A stretch of DNA of 64,000 nucleotides, from assembly GCF_009914755.1 (NCBI RefSeq), contig NC_060925.1, one strand, 5' to 3'. Source of the stretch: the human T2T-CHM13v2.0 reference genome, Homo sapiens. Position numbers and translations under genes: made by a program. Under the pieces are notes generated by a model. The model was given only the letters and a program-made list of their open reading frames with translations. It had not been told where the DNA came from and ran no database searches. Below are positions 47,145 to 60,870 of the stretch, piece by piece. Every line of letters starts with the position of its first letter. Position 1 is the stretch's first letter.

Positions 47145-48741
47145 TGTAAAACAAAAATAAAATTCTAAGCCCCCAGCTGACTGATGGACCTCAGTCTGGG
47201 CAAAGGGTATTCCAAAGTAAACCCGAAAATCTAGTTTAGGCCATGATGGGAAACAGGGTTGGTGGGGGCAGGGGTTGAGGGTGCTGGTCAGACATACCCT
47301 CCTCCCCTTGGCACAACTGACCAGCATTAATATTAGAACAGAGACCTTACAACTGACAAAGCAGACTCTTTGTAGTAATAAGATACCAAAATGACAGCAG
47401 GCTCTGAAAGCAGTTGAAGTATTTTACCCCCAAATATATTTCTTTGACACATTTCAAAATGGCCTGCAAAGCTGTCTCTCGTGGGGAAAATCTATATCCT
47501 GTAGAGAATCCCCTTCCCTTTCCAGTTCTTTTTCCTGATACAGGAAAGAATTAACTGAGAGTCTGGTACCTTTTTACATCGGATAAGAAACATTTACAAT
47601 CTATTCTCTTTGAAGCCTGCTACCTGGAAGCTTCACGTACATGATAAGAATCTTGTTCTCCACAACCTGGTATCTTAACCTAGACACTCCTTTCTTTTGA
47701 TTCTAGGTCTTTAGGTGATGACTTAACTCTTTCAACCTATTGCCAATCAGAAAATCTTTGACTCCGCATATGACCTGAAACTCCTCCTGACACCACACAC
47801 TTAGTTTTCTTGCCTTTCCAGACTGAACCAATGTAATGTTTACATGTATTGATTGAAGTCATATGTCTCCCCAAAATGTATAAAACCATGCTATAGCCCG
47901 ACCACCTTGGGCACATGTTCTTAGGACACCCTGGGGCTGTGTCACAGGTCATTGGTCCTCATATTGTTACCAGCAGCAAATCCATAGGGGTCTGCAGCAG
48001 CATCAAATCTTGGCTCCTCAGAAGAAAGAATTCTACCGAGGGGCATAAGGCAGAAGGAGAGACTGAGGCTAGTTTTAGAACAGGAGTGAAAGTTTATTAA
48101 AAAGCTTTAGAGCAGGAACCAAAAGAAGGAAAGTAGACTTGGAAGAAGGCCGAGTGGGTAACTTGAAAGACAAGTGTGCAGTTTGACCTTTGGACTTGGG
48201 GTTTTATATGTTGGCATACTTCAGGGGTCTTGCATTCCTTCTACCCTAATTCTTCCCTTGGGGTGGGCTGTCTGCGTGCACAGTGGCTTGCTAGTGCTTG
48301 GGAGATGAGCATGTGCAGTGTGTTTCCTGGAATTGTATGCTTGCTCACGTGAGGCGTTCTTCCCTTATCAGCCAAATGTTTCTATCAGGTCACATACCAG
48401 TTAAACTCAGCCATTTTGCCTCTTAACGCACATTGTTGAGTCCACATGCCCAACTCCTGAGATCTTACAGGGAAGCTGCTGATTACCAGTTTCAGGTTTT
48501 TCCTGTCTATTGGGAGACTGACTTTCCCCTGAGTGGGCTGTGACTAATTATTACTTTAGAGAGAGACAGTTAACAACCACTTGACCATCACCTGATGGCC
48601 ACCCAACACTCCTGGTGTGTATGTGTGTGCGGGACCCCTCTCCTTCCCTGCTCATGCCTGCGTAGCTAACTACTGTAACAATATTTGGCTCAGAATGAGT
48701 CTCTTCAAATATTTTACAGAATTTGCCTGTTTTCATTGACA
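47145..48741 (+). mobile_element. MER4D/E-type ERV1 solo LTR, interrupted by MER50
   Basis: tgtaaaacaaaaataaaattctaagcccc...ttgaca with 4-bp TSD gtac (47141-47144, 48742-48745). Confidence 0.88.
47965..48680 (-). mobile_element. MER50-type ERV1 solo LTR
   Basis: Reverse complement starts tgttacagtagttagcta...catgagcaggg; TSD atat (47961-47964, 48681-48684). Confidence 0.88.
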
Positions 48742-50326
48742 GTACCAGGCATGAAAGAAATGAAATCACTACAGAGTTCATAGAAATTGTGAACAACTTT
48801 ATACCAATAAATTAGAAACTTAGATTAAATGAACAATTCTCTTGAAGGTAAAAAAATAACAGAAAGTCAAAAAAAACCTGACAGATTTGAAGAAAATACC
48901 TGTAAATCATATATCTGATAAGGTACTTGTGTACGGAATATAAAAACAACTCTTACACTTTAATAACAAAAAGACAAATAACTTGAAAAATGGACAAAGG
49001 ATTAGAATAGATATTTCTTTAGAGATGATATATGTGAATGGCTAATAAGCACATAAAAAGATACTCCACATCATTAGTCATTAGGGAAATGCAAATTTAA
49101 ACTACAGTGAGGTGCCACTTCACACTCACTTTAGAGGCTATAATAAAAAAGAGAAAATAACAAGTGTTGGCAAGAATATGAAGAAACTAGAACCCTGATA
49201 CATTGCTGGCGGGAGTGTTCTCTACTGACTTTAACTTAGGCGTACTCGTAACATTGCTAGGACTCTATTGCACAAAGTCCAGTCACCTTAGAAAACAATT
49301 TGGCTTTGCCTCTAAATATTAAACTTAGAGTTACCATCTAATCCACAAATTTTAGTCCTAGGTATATTAGTATTGAATCATGATGACAATAGCTCTTTGA
49401 GGCACCTATTGAAAGGGTTTGTTGAAAGCCTCTCTGGAATCACCTGGGTTCAATGAGAACTGGTTTCAGTCCAGGAGTCTCATTGTAAGTTTTGATTATA
49501 TAAAGACTAAAGCATTTGGAATTTTGTAAAGTATGGCAAAATATTAATCAAAAAGATGAAGACATCTTTGGAAAAATACTTGTTTTTTTTGTGTACTCCA
49601 AAGGGAAATAGGATAATGTAATCTAGATATTCACTGGCACCAGATTCTAATATAGAAGTCAAAATTATGCAATGGCCAGCTGGCTAAATGATGTTGATAT
49701 GAGTGATTATGGAAACCAGTCAGTGTCTTTTGGGGGGGAAAAAACTCTTTGAAAAGAGAAGTGAATTTCAAGATTTCTTTGTGAGCTTGCCAGTGTTGTC
49801 TTTGACATTGCTGATGTTTGGTTGTCATAATTTTCTCCATTGTTTGAGATAGAATTTCATAACACCAATAAATATTTTTCATGTTAAAAAATCAAAAATT
49901 AAAAATTAAAGTCCAAGAGTTATAATTATTTTGTTTTTTTGAAGAAAATACTAATTTGATGCAAATAATGAGACTTAGAGTGATATATGTATGTGTGTGT
50001 GTCTATATATATATAATTCTTTCAACCAATTGACAACCAATCTTATTTATATATGATTTTCTTATATATATATTTAACCAGGGTTCCATTTTAAACCCTA
50101 AATTCTTTTGAAATAGAGTAGAAAGGCAAATTGTTTTGAATTAATACAAATAATTTTTTAATAATAAATTAGTAAAATTTATTATAAATTATAAAATCTT
50201 ACAAATTGTAAAAATTAATAATTTTTGGGGGGCAATCCTTTTTTATTGATGATTACTTGGTAATAGGACTGAACATTTGAGTTTTTTTACTAAATTGGAT
50301 GGAGTTACTGTGAATTAAGAATCTTT

Positions 50327-50383
50327 TTAATAGCTTGTAATGTTTAACAAATTCTCTTAATAGCTTGTAATGTTTAACAAATT
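50327..50383 (+). repeat. Direct repeat, 27 bp identical, 30-bp period
   Basis: ttaatagcttgtaatgtttaacaaatt at 50327-50353 and 50357-50383. Confidence 0.95.
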
Positions 50384-50629
50384 GGTTAACATGCATTACC
50401 AAAAGTGAAATATGTTAGAATTAAGAATGAGATTTTAGATTTAAAGTTTACTAAAATATAATGAACAAAATGAGTATATAATATTAGATAGGCATTTAAT
50501 TTTCTTAGCAAATGAATCCCAAAGTCATTTAAATTGTATTAAACTAAACTTGCTCACACAAATATTATATAAAGAAACGTATGTATTTATTCCAAAGGTG
50601 GATGGATAGACTAGTCGTCATCAGACCAA

Positions 50630-51000
50630 CTCTACTCCCCTTTCTCTTTTTTCACTTATCCTCTCTCCTTCTCTTTCTTCTTTTCCTCCTTTCTCTTCCC
50701 CATATCTCTCTTTTCCTGCCTCTCTTTCTTCTATCTTCTTATCTTTTCTTCCTCTATTTCTCTCTTTTATCCCTCTCTCCCTTTTTTCCACCTTTCTGTG
50801 TCTCTCTGTTTCACTTGTTTTCTTTTCCTCTATCTCTTCCAGTGTGCTTTCTTCCTCCTTTTTTTCCTTGCTCTTCCTTTCATTCTCCTTTTGACATTTT
50901 CTCTTTTAATCTTTCTCTCATCATCTTCCTGTGTCTCTCTCCCCCACTCTCTCTTCCTCCCTATCTTTCTCTTCTTTTTCCTCCAATTCTCTTTGGTCTT
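50630..51000 (+). repeat. CT-rich polypyrimidine low-complexity tract
   Basis: Read directly. Confidence 0.95.
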
Positions 51001-53849
51001 TAAGTTAGGGTGCTTGACAACATTACTAGGACCTGACTGTATAAGGAAACAGGTGACTCTGATCTACCCATTTGTAGAGGTTTACCTGGAAAAGCTGCAA
51101 AGTGGGCTCAGCAAGGATTTACTTTCCTGAGGGATAAAGATGCCTTCTTGGAAAAAACCTTTTCCAAAGAAAAGAGAATTGAGGCACTGATTTAGTTCAT
51201 TGTACATAACTCATATTTACAGAGGGCTGTGTGGTTCTTAGTAAGCTTAGAACATGAAAATTCAGAATAGATAGTAATGGAGGGACATGAACTATGTCAG
51301 AACAGTGGGAGAAAACATCAAAAAGTGAGTTTTCATTTCCACTGTTTTTCCTGTTTTTTTCACCAATAAAGAAGGAAACCTCAATCCTCAGCATCCATTG
51401 TGAGGTGTTATGGCTCCTAATTCATCAAAATTTTCAAGGCTTTTGCTTATGTTCTTCCCTTACCTGGCGTCCCCTCTGCCCATCTGATCTTCTCACCTTT
51501 TGTTGATCAGCTATAAATTCGTCTCTTGGTATCACAGTAACCTCACCAGATAAACACATTTCTTTTGGCTTTGTGATTCTAGAACGATTGGCATATACTT
51601 TTTTTTTTTTTGCAGTGCTAATTGTAATTAGTCCCACAAAGATGTGTCTTATTTATTTTTTCTAGAGTTGGTAACACATAAAGAAAGGAACTCAATATTT
51701 ATACATTCACATGTATTTATGGAGCACTTACTATGTGGTAAAAGCTGAGCTAGGTGCTGAATCTTCATTTATATGAGGAATTAAAGAGACTTTTTTTTCC
51801 CTCAAAACTGTTGACTTCAATGGTGCCAACTTTCCCTCAAAATATCCCAATGAAAGCTCAGTGAAATAGCCTATCTACTTACTAATTGCTCTTTTCTTAT
51901 AGCCTCCTTTTTAGTTTGCATGCTTTGGGGACAGAGGATAAACTCAACTATACATTCATAATCACACCTCCCCCAGCTCTGAATCAGTGTCCCTGGATCC
52001 AATTTGGTCCAAACGCAGGATGAGTTTTTTCCCTCCAGAACACACCTTGATTTCCTAATATAAATAGACTTCTGCTGGGACCACCTAATCTTCCCAAATA
52101 AATGCATTCTAAACACATCTGAATCCTAAAGTCAATATAACTTGAGTTCTGAAGTTGAGACTCTGGAAACATGCCTCTATAAATGAGAATGCTGAAACAA
52201 TTTTCTTGAGATCTCTTTGAGAGCAGAACTATGTCTTATATCCTAAATGCTAAGTGCAGTTTCTGGTACTGCGTTTTTGATTAAATAAATCAATTTAGGA
52301 TCTTTCCTCATAGAGATGCTTCTTTTCTCATTATAAAATCTATTTTGCTTCTAACTTTTTAAACCGTTGCATAATTGTGAAGTACTTCCACAGACAGTCC
52401 ACTAGGGGAGCAGCACTGTGTATGTGGAAGCTTTGCGTGTTTGTGTTCCGGGCACATGCTTTAAGAAATCTGTCAGCCCCTTGTGTGTAAATCTTCATGC
52501 TTATAGAGATAACATTCTACTGCCTCTTTTACGAAGGATTGGGGAGGGAAAAATATTTATTTTTTGGCATTTAGTAGACGTTATGTATTTTAGTCCTTAT
52601 GACAACACTGTAAGGAGGCAAACTCCTCTTAGCTTAAATGAATAAGAAAACTGAAGCTCTGCCATGTAGGAAAAGTTGTCTCAGGTCTCACCAAAGCTCA
52701 TAAGCAACTAAACTAAGATTTGGAGTCAGATCTTCCTCAATCCAGAGCACATGCTCCATCAGTAACACCAGGCACCATCCACATAGCCATGAGGGATGGT
52801 GAAGGGCCCTTAAATGTACTTCCAGGAATGTATTTCTCCTTCTTTGAGTCCAGCATGGACCAGGAAGCTCTAGACTCAAGGAGCACTAGCTTCAAGGAAT
52901 CAATTAATTCCAAACTTAAAATAATTCTGAATTCAGAAAATATTTGGTAAATATTGATTAGTAAATGTCTACAGTTCTAGAGGATAAAAAATATATGACA
53001 TAAAGGAGTGAAGAGGATATTAAAAGAAAGAAAAATAATTGAAATCAAATCATTGAAAAATGAAGACTCATTTGGCATGGTGCCAACATAATTCCTAACT
53101 TAGTCTACTTTGAGACAGCGTTGTCTTAAAAGTTATTATGTGTACTATGTGGGTCATCATCCTATTTTAAGATTTATTGAGACCCTGAAGATGGAGGTGT
53201 TGAGTAGCTAATGGCTCTGTTGTATTTTGTACATTATTTTGCTGTCTGGCTAGAAACTATGACGTTGATATTGAAGGATGTGCAGCTTTTTGGTTTAAAA
53301 ACATTATATTTAACACATATTCAGGAAAGAAAGTTTCAGTTATGTTAAAGTTAGATAACTAGCTTGGAGATTTCAGCAATTTATTTTTGTCATGGAATGA
53401 AAGGAAGAAATGAAGCATAGAATATTAGATTATTAAATCAAATTTTCCTTTTCCTTTTTCTTTCTTCATTTCTTTTTTTTTAACAGAGGTAAAACTGAGG
53501 CACAAAGTGGCTGAGTGACTTAGTTGGTTACATAGTTCACTAGTACAGATCTGGGACTAGTTCTAACTCTCTTGATTCGGTGTACTTAGTAATTAGTAGA
53601 TATATGTAGTTTTCAATTAAAGAATAAAATGTAAGGTAGCTTGTTCTTGCTTCATATAATTAAATATTTAAAATAAAATTGTTACAATAAATTTCAAAAG
53701 TTTTTATACACTGAAAGGAAGTATCTTTCATTCTTATGATTTGACCCCACAGATATTCATTAGCTTTGCTTCCTTTCCAATTTGGCCTGGACCCAATGAT
53801 CAATTACTTCAACTATTCTCAACCAACATCCTCAATTCCCTTAAGACAG

Positions 53850-54700
53850 TCACTGTCCACATCACCCCGTTTCCAGGCCCCCAGCTGTAGATCAACGATC
53901 TGTTTTCTTGATTTCTGCTTCTGGGTTTCTGAGAAGTGCTCAAGAAAGTTGCATAACCATGCTGATGGTGTCATTACTAGTGCAAATGTTCCAAACTCAC
54001 TCAGGCCACCGATGATGCTTAGCAATTCTTTTATTCATCCGTAGCAGCGTCCCTTTTCCAGTCTTAAAAGGCTTTTGTAAACCACTCTTTTTTTTATGAA
54101 TCCCTAGCCTCATCCTTGACCTTCAGCTTAGCAGATGGTGTTTCCTTCTTGACTCAGAACATCAAGGCCATCAGAAGAGCATTTCTTCAATATTATCCTT
54201 GTTCATTTCTGAAATTAAATATACTTTCTTCGTCTTTCTTTCCTTTCTTAGAGGAAGGAGAGTGGTCAAGAGCAGGGGCTCTGTAGTCAGACTGAGCATC
54301 TCAACTCTTCAACCTGTTAGTGTGTGACTTCAGGCAGGTTATTTACTTGTTCTGTGCCTAAGTTTTCTTCTCTGTGAAATGGGGGCAGTAACAGTATCTG
54401 CCACCCAGGCTTGAGATGAGGAGTAATGAGGTAATGTTCCTAAGAGCATAAGAAATTTCTCTGCTCTTCCCATAGTAAACCCTATCGCTTCCCTCATTGG
54501 TTTTGAGCAACAATTATTTCCCATCCTTCTTCAATGCCATCTTCTCTTCAGTTTGAGAGCACTTCTAAGTGTCCCATACCCTAAAATGGTCAGTGCTTTC
54601 ACTCTACCTATCTCTTTAGTTTTTATCTAACTCTAACTCTTATTGTGAACTTAATCTTGTCTCACCCTTGTTCTTCCAATTATTACATAAATCCACTGAC
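53850..54700 (+). mobile_element. L2 internal fragments with a MIR inserted at ~54260-54450
   Basis: L2: aacatcaaggccatcagaagag; MIR: gtggtcaagagcaggggctctgtagtcagactg...tctgtgaaatgggg. Confidence 0.65.
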
Positions 54701-54827
54701 TCCAAGATGCTATGACTCTATGAGTAAAGATGTAAGGTAGAATTGATTCCTCCTCATAACTAAAAAGAGTTTGTGTGACAACTATTTCTGTGAATCCTTG
54801 TGGGGCAAATTAGAAACGAAGTCATAG

Positions 54828-56192
54828 CAAACCTGACAAAAGCAAGCAATGGGGAAAGGATTTCCTATTTAATAAATGGTGTTGGAAAAACTGGCTGGCC
54901 ATATGCAGAAAACTGAAACTGGACCCCTTCCTTACACCTTATACAAAAGTGAACTCGAGATGGATTAAAGACTTAAATATAAAACCTAAAACGATAAAAA
55001 CCCTAGAAGAAAACCTAGGCAATACCATTCAGGACATAGACATGGGCAAAGACTTCATGACTAAAATGCTGAAAGCAATGGCAACAAAAACCGAAATAGA
55101 CAAATGGGATATAATTAAACTAAAGGCTTCTGCACAGCAAAAGAAACTATCATCAGAGTGAACAGGCAACCTACAGAATTGGAGAAAATTTTTGCAATCT
55201 ATCCATCTGACAAAGGGCTAATATCCAGAATCTACAAGGAACTTAAATTTATAAGAAAAAACAAAACAACCCCATCAAAAAGTGGGCAAAGCATATGAAC
55301 AGACACTTCTCAAAAGAAGACATTTATGCAGCCTACGAACATGAAAAGAAGCTCATCATCACTGGTTAATAGAGAAATACAAATCAAAACCACAGTGAGA
55401 TACCATCTCATGCCAGTTAGAATGGCAATCATTAAAAAGTCAGGAAACAACAGGTGCTGGAGAGGATGTGGAGAAATATGGATGCTTTTACACTGTTGGT
55501 AGGAGTGTAAATTAGTTCAACCATTGGGGAAGGCAGTGTGGCGATTCCTCAAGAATCTAGAACCAGAAATACCATTTGACCCAGCAATCCCATTACTGGG
55601 TATATACCCAAAGGATTATAAATCATTCAACTTTAAAGACACATGCACACGTATGTTTATTGCAGCACTATTCTCAATAGCAAAGACTTGGAACCAACCC
55701 AAATGTCCATCAATGATAGACTAGATAAAGAAAATGTGGTACATATACACCATGGAATACTATGCAGCCGTAAAAAAGGATGAGTTCATGTCCTTTGCAG
55801 GGAAATGGATGAAGCTGGAAACCATCATTCTCAGCAAGCTAACACAGGAAGAGAAAACCAAACACCGCATGTTCTCACTCATAAGTGGGAGTTGAACAAT
55901 GAGAACACATGGACACAGGGAGGGGAACATCACACACTGGGGCCTGGCAGGAGGTGAGGGGCTGGGAGAGGGATCGCATTAGGAGAAATACCTAATGTAG
56001 ATGATGGGTTGATGGGTGCAACTAACCACCATGGCACCTGTATACCTATGTAACAAACCTGCACGTTTTGCACATGTATCTGAGAACTTAAAGTGTATAT
56101 ATATATATGTATACTTTATATATATACACATTTCTATATATACACTTTATATATACATTTCTCTCTCTCTCTCTCTATATATATATACATAT
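54828..56192 (+). mobile_element. 5'-truncated L1PA7/8-like element whose tail is replaced by a microsatellite
   Basis: ORF2 3' end plus 3'UTR to aacttaaagtg (~56095); TSD a(c/t)gaagtcatag at 54816-54827 and 56193-56204. Confidence 0.92.
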
Positions 56193-56704
56193 ATGAAGTC
56201 ATAGAAGTTCCTCTCTTCCACTGTAGACAAGCTGAACATTTCTGTAGAGACCTTCCAGTACAAGCTATTCATAATATACTTGAAGAAATGGAGTCTTGGA
56301 AACATTAAATGACTTGGTAATTAAAAATAGAGTCAGGCTTAGAACCCAGAACTTGAATTCAAAGGATGGAAGGTAGTGTAGTGAAGGTCGATCACTGAGT
56401 TTATCAAGTTGACTGACAATGAAAATACACAAATACACTTCTGTGAGAGCTTAGGCATAAGGATCATTTTCAGGAAATTTTATAGCTTTTGCCTGTACCT
56501 CATTCTATTTGTTTGTGATGTAGTTGTATCCCCTGAGCCCGCATAGAAATTGAACTGTGCTTTTTAGATTATCCAAAGTGATGGAGCCTTGCTGTAATTT
56601 CCTGGTAGAGTCCAGGCTGCATCAAATTGCCCAGTAGGTTGATATGTCTTGAAGGATTTTGTTAACCAAGATCTCTAGGATTGGACCCAAGACCAATCTA
56701 CGTT

Positions 56705-57027
56705 TGTTACCAGAGGCTGGGGGTGAGGTGGGGTGGAGAGATTGGAGAGTTGTTGGTCAAAGGACACAACATTTCAGTTGGATAGGAGGAATAAGTTCAG
56801 GAGATTTATTATACATCATGGTGACTATACTTAATAACAATGCATCGTATACTTGAAAATGGCTATGAGTAGATTTTAAGTGTTCTTGTCTCAAAAATAA
56901 TAAGTATATGAGGTAATGCATATGTTAAATCGCTTGATTTAGGCATTCTGCCATGTATGCATATATCAGAACATCATGTTGTACATGATAAATATACATA
57001 ATTTTTACTTGTCATCTGAAAAATAAA
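56705..57027 (+). mobile_element. L1MA 3'UTR, followed by antisense L1MC fragments (~57030-57720)
   Basis: gttaccagaggctggg...ataggaggaataagttc...aaaaataaa. Confidence 0.85.
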
Positions 57028-59008
57028 GACTAATTGCAGAAGTAATGCTGTGTTCTTCTCACTGCATTCTATCACTTGGCATATCATGGCCATTTGTCCT
57101 ATAACTAATCATTTTGATTACTCAATTTAGGTGGTGTCTGTCAATCTTCTTTACTGTAAACTTACTCTTTTTCTCTTTGCAATTAGTAAGTTTTCTGTGG
57201 GAAGGTATTTTGAAACTATGTAAATATCCCTTTTCTAATCAATCTTTAAATTGTTTATTTATATCACTATGGCTTAATGGTTTTCAATTTTTATTTAATG
57301 GATTATAATAATCTATTACTATTATTATTTATGTTGATGCTCAAATTGTCACCTATTTGGTCAGTCTTTCTTTAAATTGCTTTTTGTATTTTCAGACCTG
57401 TCCCTATCATTCTTCGATTACTTCCTTGCTTATTTTGCATATAATATTCCTGCCCAATCCTATAATCAGCCATTTCTTCTTTGAGCCTTTATCCCTTTTA
57501 GTGGGGGACAGTATCCAGAAGCCAAGATCTGGTTACTAGGAGTACTCACTGCTATTGGGGTATTGCTGCTCCCAGTCCTTTGGGGTGGACAGAGGTAGGT
57601 GATGTACACACATACTTATATCCACATATTCACATTTAAACATGCATATACACATTTATATTCATTTTTATATATATCTAGATAATGAAAATTATGAGTT
57701 TACACAGATATTTCTGTGTGCACTTATTTATTTGATCAGTTTTCTTGAATATCATTAATCTCCCATCTCAACCATTACTCCTTCCCTTGCATGGATATTT
57801 TCCTAGCTTACTTGGGCTCCAACACTGCGTGTTAGGCATTTCCTCTCTGTGGAAGTCCTGCTTTATCTTTCCATGGGCTACAGTAACCGATGTCATGCTA
57901 TACGTGCAATCCCCCCATGGATGCCCTCTCCACCTGGCTCAAGCTCTGACTTCCCACACTGGGACACCCTGCATAGACACCCTCCTTATCCTCCTTGGCC
58001 CCAACATCTCTGCCAGTCTGCCTTTTTTTATTGATGCCCTGCTCGCCTTGCTTGAGCTTTGAAATCTCATTCTAGGTCTCCCTCTAGTCTAGATGCCTTC
58101 CTCATCCCACCTCCCCATCACGTGGTCTTCCTCCCTACCCTACTCAGGTTCTGATACTCACAGAAACCTCCTCCTCTAGGTGCATCCCCTCCTCACACTG
58201 GGTGAGCTCTGATAGTCTGCTCAAGGTCACCATGGCTGCCTTCTACTTTCAGCAAATACTGTATGGCTATGCTCCCACAAATGGCTTTAGAACTGAATTG
58301 TTTGGGAAGGGAAAGAAACTGAAAGGGAAGTTGACAATTGGAATTTGTCATTGGAATTCATCCCTAATTCCAGTTTTTGCCTCCAGTTCTGACCATTCCT
58401 AGCCCATCTTGTCAGCTCATTGAGTCATTTGTCTTGCCGGGTCATCTTGGTTTCTTACTAACTCTTGTTTGCAGTATGCTTGACCTTGATGTGTGTCCAT
58501 TAAGACATGCAAAGGCTTAGCCTCCCAGGGCTGCATCACCTCCTCAGCTCCAGGCTGCTAGATGACAGTTCAGGTTCAGGCTGACTCAAGCTGCTTCTGC
58601 AGCAACCACAACCATTCTCAGGAGAAAGAGCTAGAGCAAGGGATACCAAAGAAAGGGTCATCTCTGAGGGGTGGTTGTTGAAACTATAGGTGTGGTAGAA
58701 GTTGTCCAAAAGAAAAGTGAAGAAAAGGAAGAGGAAATTAAAGAATATCTTGTAAGGAATGTTTATGTGTTTATATTTAAGATAAATAAGGAGAAAAGGA
58801 AAAAAGGAGTTAGAACAGAGATATTATGGAGTAACCTACAACCTGGAAAAACTGAAGAAGTTGCTGTAGGTGACTATGTTCTTTTTGAGGAGAATTTGAC
58901 TCAATGCTGTGTCCTCAAACAATTAAAATGGGAAAAATAGCATTATTATTATAAAGCCTGAGTAAACTAAGAAATATGACATTATAGAATGCCTTATTAC
59001 AGTAAAAA

Positions 59009-59070
59009 TGACTCAGTAGGCTGAGTCAAAGTAAGTGATTCATCTATGCAGCCTGTCAGATCATCTGACA
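59009..59070. promoter_or_regulatory. Candidate enhancer motif cluster (paired AP-1/ARE sites and a TGACA palindrome)
   Basis: TGACTCA at 59009-59015, TGAGTCA at 59022-59028, tgtcagat-c-atctgaca at 59054-59070; motif evidence only. Confidence 0.3.
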
Positions 59071-59534
59071 ATTATTTTGCCTGACTTTGGAGTTCAGGGT
59101 CAGTTAAAAGAGGCTTGCCTCTTCTGTTTTAGTCAACTTTTGGGGTGGATAGTTTGTTCAGATAATAGCACCCATGAATTTATTATTAAAAACCTTGTGG
59201 GAGAAACCCTTCAAAAAGCATAGAGCTGTCACTTGGATAGCTTGGGTGAAGTTACTTACCTAGGTGACCTTGTTCAGATGGGCAGATTCTCTGGAAATAT
59301 AAGTAGTATGTATGTCTATCTTATTCACCGCTATATCCTCAGCACCTAATACAGTGCCTGGCACATTGTGCATGCTCAGTCAGTAGCTGTAAAGTGAATG
59401 AATAAAGGAAGATTTGTCTATACTTTTTTGAGAAGTCATAATCTGATGGTGGAGAGGACTCATCTCAGAAATTTTTTTTGGATAACAGTGGGAAGATGGT
59501 CATGCCCTAAACATTTTTCAAGATAGTCATCAAG

Positions 59535-59865
<331 letters not shown>

Positions 59866-60344
59866 GATGATCATCAAGGAACATCATTATTTGGTAGATT
59901 AAAGTTGTTCTCTGCAACAAGGCTTTATTTACTGTGAATTTCCTTCATAGAAATTGATGCTATTCTTTGGTGCTAATAATGTAAAACTTTCCCAGAAGGT
60001 CAAACAGTAAATCACCTAAGAAATGGGTGTCTAGATTGTAGATGACAATGTAACATTTGGAGGTTCTTTTAGAAGCGAGTAGCTATCTGGGTTGAAATAA
60101 CTGAGGAATAATGTGTAATAAGCTTATTGGGCCTGAAGCACCCAGAAAGGCAGTTGTGCTAATTGGGTCTTTTCCTCATGTAGCAAAATTTCCTGTAATT
60201 GTGGTGACAAAACCATGACCATTTATGAGAAAGTTATTGCAGTGATTAAGTAATATGTCTTTGAGATGGCTTAATAAAAATTATTATAAAGTGGTCTCCT
60301 CCATCACAATTATTTTTTGTTTTTATGTTTACTAGACCACTGCA

Positions 60345-60484
60345 ATTTATTTATGTATTTATTTTTTAAGAGATAGAATCTTACTATTATGCCCGGACTG
60401 GACTTGAACTCCTGGCCTCAAGTGATCCTCCTGCCTCAACTTCTCAAGTAGCTGGAACTACAGGCATGTGCCACCGTGCCTGGT
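60345..60484 (-). mobile_element. FLAM/AluJ monomer
   Basis: gaactcctggcctcaagtgatcctcctgcctc...ccaccgtgcctgg. Confidence 0.85.
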
Positions 60485-60624
60485 AAAAGATAGTAAAATT
60501 TAATTAGCATATAATCTATGCCTAGCATATTTAATATTTAAAGATTTATTTAGCTCTTTAGTAAAACATAGATAATGATTAATAGCATATGCTTCACTTA
60601 GAGAAATCAGTTATGAAAACACCC

Positions 60625-60870
60625 TAATGGTTAAGAGCTATGACTCAAGAGTAGACAGATATGAGTTTAAATTTTAGCTTCTTTTGTTCTTTTCTAGCTG
60701 GGCTTTTGGGTGAGTTATCAAATGTTTCTTTGCCTAAATTTACCCAACAATAAATGGGATTTACTAATATTATTTACCTCATGGAGATGTTTGGAGCATT
60801 CAATGAGATAATGTATTTAAAGCATTTAGCTTAATATCTGGCAAATACTAAGCATTAAATCAATACTAAT
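60625..60870 (+). mobile_element. MIR SINE
   Basis: tggttaagagc...tttacctcatggagatg...aatgagataatgtatttaaagcatttagc. Confidence 0.75.

Larger units (their letters stand above)
45040..49365 (+). mobile_element. Ancient L1M ORF2 scaffold in pieces (45040-45440, 46900-47144, 48746-49365)
   Basis: Collinear EN, linker and 3' ORF2 motifs interrupted by younger inserts. Confidence 0.75.

Noticed and set aside
50581-51130. Leu/Phe/Ser-rich membrane-like ORFs
   Set aside because: Artefact of the CT-rich tract
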